Assembly: GCA_965224245.1 (NCBI GenBank)
Contig: OZ245046.1
Span: forward strand, 5,248,001-5,312,000
DNA length: 64,000 nucleotides
DNA from: Candidatus Eiseniibacteriota bacterium
GTDB lineage: Bacteria; Eisenbacteria; RBG-16-71-46; CAZAMP01
Direction of reading: 5' to 3'
The notes beneath the pieces were generated by a model. That model did no database searches. It had not been told where the DNA came from and worked only from the letters and a program-made list of their open reading frames with translations. The position numbers and the translations under genes were made by a program. Below, in pieces: positions 60,273 through 64,000 of this stretch. Positions within the stretch are counted from its first letter, which is position 1, and each line of letters starts with the position of its first letter.

Positions 60273-62716
60273 GCGGCCAATCGCTCGACCGTCTCCAGGA
60301 AGGCGGCCATCGTTCGGGGACGGTCGTCGCGGTTCCTCGACATGGCCGCGGCGACGAGGTCGCTGACGTCGACGGGGAAGCCGTCGATCACCGAGGACAG
60401 GTCGGGGATGGACTTCTCCAGGTGCTGGAACAGGATCTTCACCGCGCTCTCCGCCTCGAACGGGCGGGTGCCGGAGAACATCTCGTACATCATGACGCCC
60501 AGCGAGTAGACGTCGATCCGCTCGTCGACCTCCACGTCACCCTTGATCTGCTCGGGTGCCATGTAGTGGGGCGTCCCGATCAGGATGCCGCTCTGGGTGA
60601 GCCGGGAGCCGACGTTCTGCCCCATCGACGCCAGGCCGAAGTCCACGACCTTGACCGCGTCCTCCGGCCCCAGCAGGACGTTCGGCGGCTTCACGTCCCG
60701 GTGGATGATCCCCTCCGCGTGAGCGGCCGCGAGTCCGGACGCGACCTGCCGGACGATGGGCATGCCGCGGCCGGGCGTGAGCCGCTTCTCCTGAGCCAGC
60801 ACCTTGCCCAGGTCGCGGCCCGCGAAGTACTCCATCGAGATCGCGTGCTGATCACCGATCGACAGGAGGTCGTGGATTCGGATCACGTTGCGATGCGTGA
60901 TCCGGCGAGTGAGCTTCAGCTCGCGCACGAAGCGCTGCCGCATCTGATCGTCCATCGCGATGCGGGGCGTCAGCACCTTCAGGATGAGATCCTCGTTCAC
61001 GGCCAGGTCGGTCACGAGGTAGACCCAGCCGAACCCACCGCCCCCGACCTTGCGCTTGATGCGATAGCGATCCAGCAGGAGCTCCCCGCTCTCCCACTCG
61101 GCCGCCGGGGGGACCGGGGGTGGCTCGGCGCCGGTGGAGCCGCTCGACACCCCGCCCGGGATCGGCGTTGCCTGGGTGACCGCATGCAGAACGGAGTCGG
61201 GTGAGGACGCCGCGGATGCCGTCGGAGACAGCATGGAGGGCGACGTCAACGGCGGCAGGGGTGTGCCCGTCGTCCGCGAAGGGGCCGGCGCCCGCGTGAC
61301 GGTGGGAGCCACGACGATCGGCATCACCCCTGGGGAATGCGAGGAGCGCCGCGGTGCTTTGCCCAGCGTCTCCCGGATCAGGGCCTGGCTCTCGGGCGAG
61401 ATGCGCGCCCGCGCGAGCGTGCGAAGAGCCGCCACGGCCTCGTCGCTGCCCTTCGAATCGCGAAGCGCCACCTCGCACAGCGCAGGCACCGCCCGCTCGT
61501 CGCCCAGCGCGGCCAGCGCGGTGGCCGCCAGTCCGGCCACGGACTCGTCATCCTGCAAGAGCGTCACGAGGGGCTCGACCGCCCGGGGATCGCCCGTCTT
61601 CGCCAGCGCGTCGATCGAGCGTTCACGAACCCACCAGTCCAGATCGTCGAGCGCTCCGATCAGCTTCTCGACCGCCCGCGTGTCGGGCACCGAGATCAGG
61701 ATCTCCACCGCGTACCGGCGGACGAAGTCGTCCTCGCTGTCCATGAGCTGGAGGATCGCCTCCACGACACGGTCGCCGCCGAGCGTCCCCAGTGCATCCG
61801 CCGCGCGCGAACGCACCCACCAGTCGTCGTCCTCGTTGAGCGTGCGAACCAGGTCGGTGACCGCGTCGGTCGTCGCGACGTGGTTCAACACCTCCACCGC
61901 CGCACGGCGGGCGTACTCGGACTCGTCCTTCAGCACGTCGACCAGGTGCGGGACCGCCGAGGCGTCGCCGATCTCCGTCAGCACGTCGATGGCGGCACTG
62001 TGCACCTTCAGATCGCCGTCGCGAAGCATGCGGCAGAGTGACGGAATGGACTCGGGGTTCCCGAGCACCCCGAGCGTCTGGACCGTCTCCAGGCGGAGAC
62101 GCGAGTCCCGGGCGTCCAGCATCGGCAGCAGCGCGGCCGCGTTGCCGGCCGTCCCGATCTGGCCGATCAGGCGAACGACCTGGGGCAGGAGCCAGGGGTC
62201 GTTGCTCTCGAGCAGCCCCATCAGGCAGTCGATCGCGGCGGCGTCGCCGCGGATGCTCAGGAGGCGGAGCATCAGCCCCTGGATCGGGCGATCGCCGGCC
62301 GTGAGGTGCTCGAGCAGCACGGGCGTCGGGAACTCCGTCGCGCGCGCCTCGATGATCGACTCGAGACGGCGCCGGCCGCGCTTCGCCGTGCGCATGGCGT
62401 CGATCAGCGCCGACACCTCGAACGCCTGTGACTCCCGGAGGATCTCCTCGACCGCGTCGGCGATGCGGGTCTTGGGGGAGCCGAGAGCGTCGAGGTAGGC
62501 GTCCAGGCTGTCCGGGCCGAGGATCCGGGTCAGGACGTCGCGGGCCGCGTCACGGCCGGACCGGCTGTCGAGAAGCGGGAACAGCTCGTCGAGGACGCCG
62601 GCGCCCATCTCGACCAGACGCGTCTTGGCGTCGGACAGCGCGGTGGCATCCGCCCGGTCTCCGAGCTTGAGCACCTTCATGTGCCGGCTGGCGACGAGAC
62701 GCCGCACGATACCCAT
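60269..62716 (-). CDS. Cytoplasmic HEAT-repeat Ser/Thr protein kinase
   Basis: About 450 aa of HEAT repeats (VRSRAADALG, VRERSIDALA), Pro/Ser/Thr linker, kinase GGGGFG, HRDVKPPN, DFG, GTPHYMAPE. Confidence 0.9.
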   Translation of the reverse strand: MGIVRRLVASRHMKVLKLGDRADATALSDAKTRLVEMGAGVLDELFPLLDSRSGRDAARDVLTRILGPDSLDAYLDALGSPKTRIADAVEEILRESQAFEVSALIDAMRTAKRGRRRLESIIEARATEFPTPVLLEHLTAGDRPIQGLMLRLLSIRGDAAAIDCLMGLLESNDPWLLPQVVRLIGQIGTAGNAAALLPMLDARDSRLRLETVQTLGVLGNPESIPSLCRMLRDGDLKVHSAAIDVLTEIGDASAVPHLVDVLKDESEYARRAAVEVLNHVATTDAVTDLVRTLNEDDDWWVRSRAADALGTLGGDRVVEAILQLMDSEDDFVRRYAVEILISVPDTRAVEKLIGALDDLDWWVRERSIDALAKTGDPRAVEPLVTLLQDDESVAGLAATALAALGDERAVPALCEVALRDSKGSDEAVAALRTLARARISPESQALIRETLGKAPRRSSHSPGVMPIVVAPTVTRAPAPSRTTGTPLPPLTSPSMLSPTASAASSPDSVLHAVTQATPIPGGVSSGSTGAEPPPVPPAAEWESGELLLDRYRIKRKVGGGGFGWVYLVTDLAVNEDLILKVLTPRIAMDDQMRQRFVRELKLTRRITHRNVIRIHDLLSIGDQHAISMEYFAGRDLGKVLAQEKRLTPGRGMPIVRQVASGLAAAHAEGIIHRDVKPPNVLLGPEDAVKVVDFGLASMGQNVGSRLTQSGILIGTPHYMAPEQIKGDVEVDERIDVYSLGVMMYEMFSGTRPFEAESAVKILFQHLEKSIPDLSSVIDGFPVDVSDLVAAAMSRNRDDRPRTMAAFLETVERLAA

Positions 62717-62860
62717 GTGGCCGATCCTGTGTCCCGGCCCCCGCGCCGGTCGGAGGACGTTTGGAGTTCCCGCTCCCTCCAATCATCGACCGGGATCCCA
62801 TGCGTGTTTAGGCGAGATGCGCTATGTCCATGGGAAACTAGGCCGATGCGACGAGAGGGT

Positions 62861-63427
62861 CTAGAGGAGCCGTCCGAGAAGGAGGCTCAGCAAGACCCCC
62901 GCGACCATGGCCGACACCCCGACGATGATCAGCGTTCGGCGAGCGTGCGGCGCCTCGGACTCCTCGGGCGCCGCCTTGGCATTCGTCACGAGCCGGAGCG
63001 CCGCCTGGGCCTCCTCGGCCTTGGACGACTCGATCACACGGGCCAGCTGATCGCGCGAGAGGACGGTCGTGCCCTCGACCGCGGTCGTCGGCGCGTGGCT
63101 CTCGCCGTGATCGGCCGCCCGCTTGTCGGTCAGCGAGATCGACAGCGAGAACTTGCCCACACGGATCACGTCGTCATCGGAGACGTGGTCGCGCGACAGC
63201 GGTTCGTCGTTCAGATAGGTCCCGTTGGCGGATCCGAGGTCCTTGACGACGTATCCGGCCGACGTCCACTCGAACTCCAGGTGGTTGCGCGAGACCCCGG
63301 GGTTGTCGAGGACGACGTCGGACTCGGGGTCACGCCCGACCGAAACACACTCCGAGGTGAAGCTATACGTCCGGAGCGCGCGGCCCTTCAGCGACACCTG
63401 GATCATGAGGAAGCGACTGTCCGGCAT
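62861..63427 (-). CDS. FHA-domain protein with C-terminal membrane anchor
   Basis: GR, SRNH, GSANGT FHA signature; hydrophobic C-terminal helix; GAGGA RBS. Confidence 0.88.
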   Translation of the reverse strand: MPDSRFLMIQVSLKGRALRTYSFTSECVSVGRDPESDVVLDNPGVSRNHLEFEWTSAGYVVKDLGSANGTYLNDEPLSRDHVSDDDVIRVGKFSLSISLTDKRAADHGESHAPTTAVEGTTVLSRDQLARVIESSKAEEAQAALRLVTNAKAAPEESEAPHARRTLIIVGVSAMVAGVLLSLLLGRLL

Positions 63428-63567
63428 TGGAAGTCCTCGAAAGGGTGTTGTCACAGCTACCACTCGGACACCGACGGTTACGGATCTCGACGCATGTAAT
63501 GATCGGCACGAAAAGACGCGTTTGTAGACTCTTCCGAACCGGTTGAGGTCAGCCCTGCGGGGTGCCC

Positions 63568-63750
63568 AGCAATCTGAGGTTCGGATCGACAGAAATCTGA
63601 TGAACCGGCCCCCGGCGGTACGGGCGAGGGGTGCCCGTGTGGGGCATAACGTGCTCGGGTGCAACCTCTTGTAGGGGAAGGCGGGAGTCCCCGCCACCTG
63701 GCACGAAGCGTGCGACCGGATGAGGTCGACCGACGGCGAACATGATTGAG
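63568..63750 (+). ncRNA. Candidate 6S (SsrS)-like structured RNA
   Basis: About 183 nt; end-to-end pairing CAATC/GATTG and TCGG-A-TCGAC/GTCGACCGA; motif order GTTCG...TGAACC...CCACCTG...ACGGC resembles 6S RNAs; strand uncertain. Confidence 0.45.
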
Positions 63751-63850
63751 GCGTGCGTCGCGAGCGTTTCTTCTCCGTTTCTCATCCAGCGACGCCGTCT
63801 TTTCTTGCCGCTCCGATGCCCGTCTCCGGCGGTAGCGGAGACCGGCCATG

Positions 63851-63906
63851 GACCCTGGACCGCTGCCTCCGAGGAAATCCATCCATAGGCGGTCCGGGGT
63901 CTTTTT
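63851..63906 (+). terminator. Probable intrinsic terminator with large loop
   Basis: GACCCTGGACCGC / GCGGTCCGGGGTC 13-bp stem followed by TTTTT. Confidence 0.55.
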
Positions 63907-64000
63907 CTGTGCCCGGTCCGGAGCCGCACGGTCCCCGAGCCCGGCGATCCCCCGAGTTTGAACCGCCTCACGCCCTTTGTTATCGTTCCGGCCGCCTTCG

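Noticed and set aside
19660-62498. Numerous long antisense and alternative-frame ORFs (e.g. 19660-21804, 37564-39618, 41857-44043, 58633-60048)
   Set aside because: Expected in high-GC DNA opposite real genes; Arg/Pro-rich, without family motifs
63597-63625. Hammerhead ribozyme core CTGATGA
   Set aside because: The following stem is not followed by the required GAAA, and no stem I/III arrangement is evident

Overview
GC-rich (about 70% by eye), gene-dense bacterial chromosomal segment with about 45 protein genes and no rRNA, tRNA, CRISPR, transposase or phage genes that I can recognise. A secreted protein with a FlgD-Ig/T9SS-like C-terminal domain, ASPIC-UnbV lipoproteins and outer-membrane barrels suggest a diderm of the FCB-group candidate phyla (Eisenbacteria/Krumholzibacteriota/Latescibacterota-like); this is inference only. 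Main content: a hydroxyproline catabolic operon, several peptidases (M36/M4, M3-like, M32, S9), PhoX, RlmB, RsgA, a RapA-like ATPase, two kinase-type ECF sigma factors, an FG-GAP/ASPIC-UnbV plus TPR lipoprotein cluster, and a GcvT-like + two phytoene-desaturase-like + DSD1 operon. Best candidates for undescribed biology: (1) an FHA / HEAT-repeat Ser/Thr kinase / PilT / PilT / degenerate HD-GYP module with no pilus structural genes nearby; (2) a shared C-terminal TPxxxxSWSx[LI][KR]xx[FY] tail on two unrelated secreted proteins, a possible sorting signal; (3) a three-gene TPR-barrel / GT2 / GH26 exopolysaccharide system lacking PilZ and BcsB; (4) a 260-bp tandem array of a hairpin element whose inverted fourth copy shows compensatory stem changes; (5) a 6S-like structured RNA candidate at the right end. 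All family assignments come from motif recognition by eye, not database searches, and most start codons were re-chosen inside longer six-frame ORFs.
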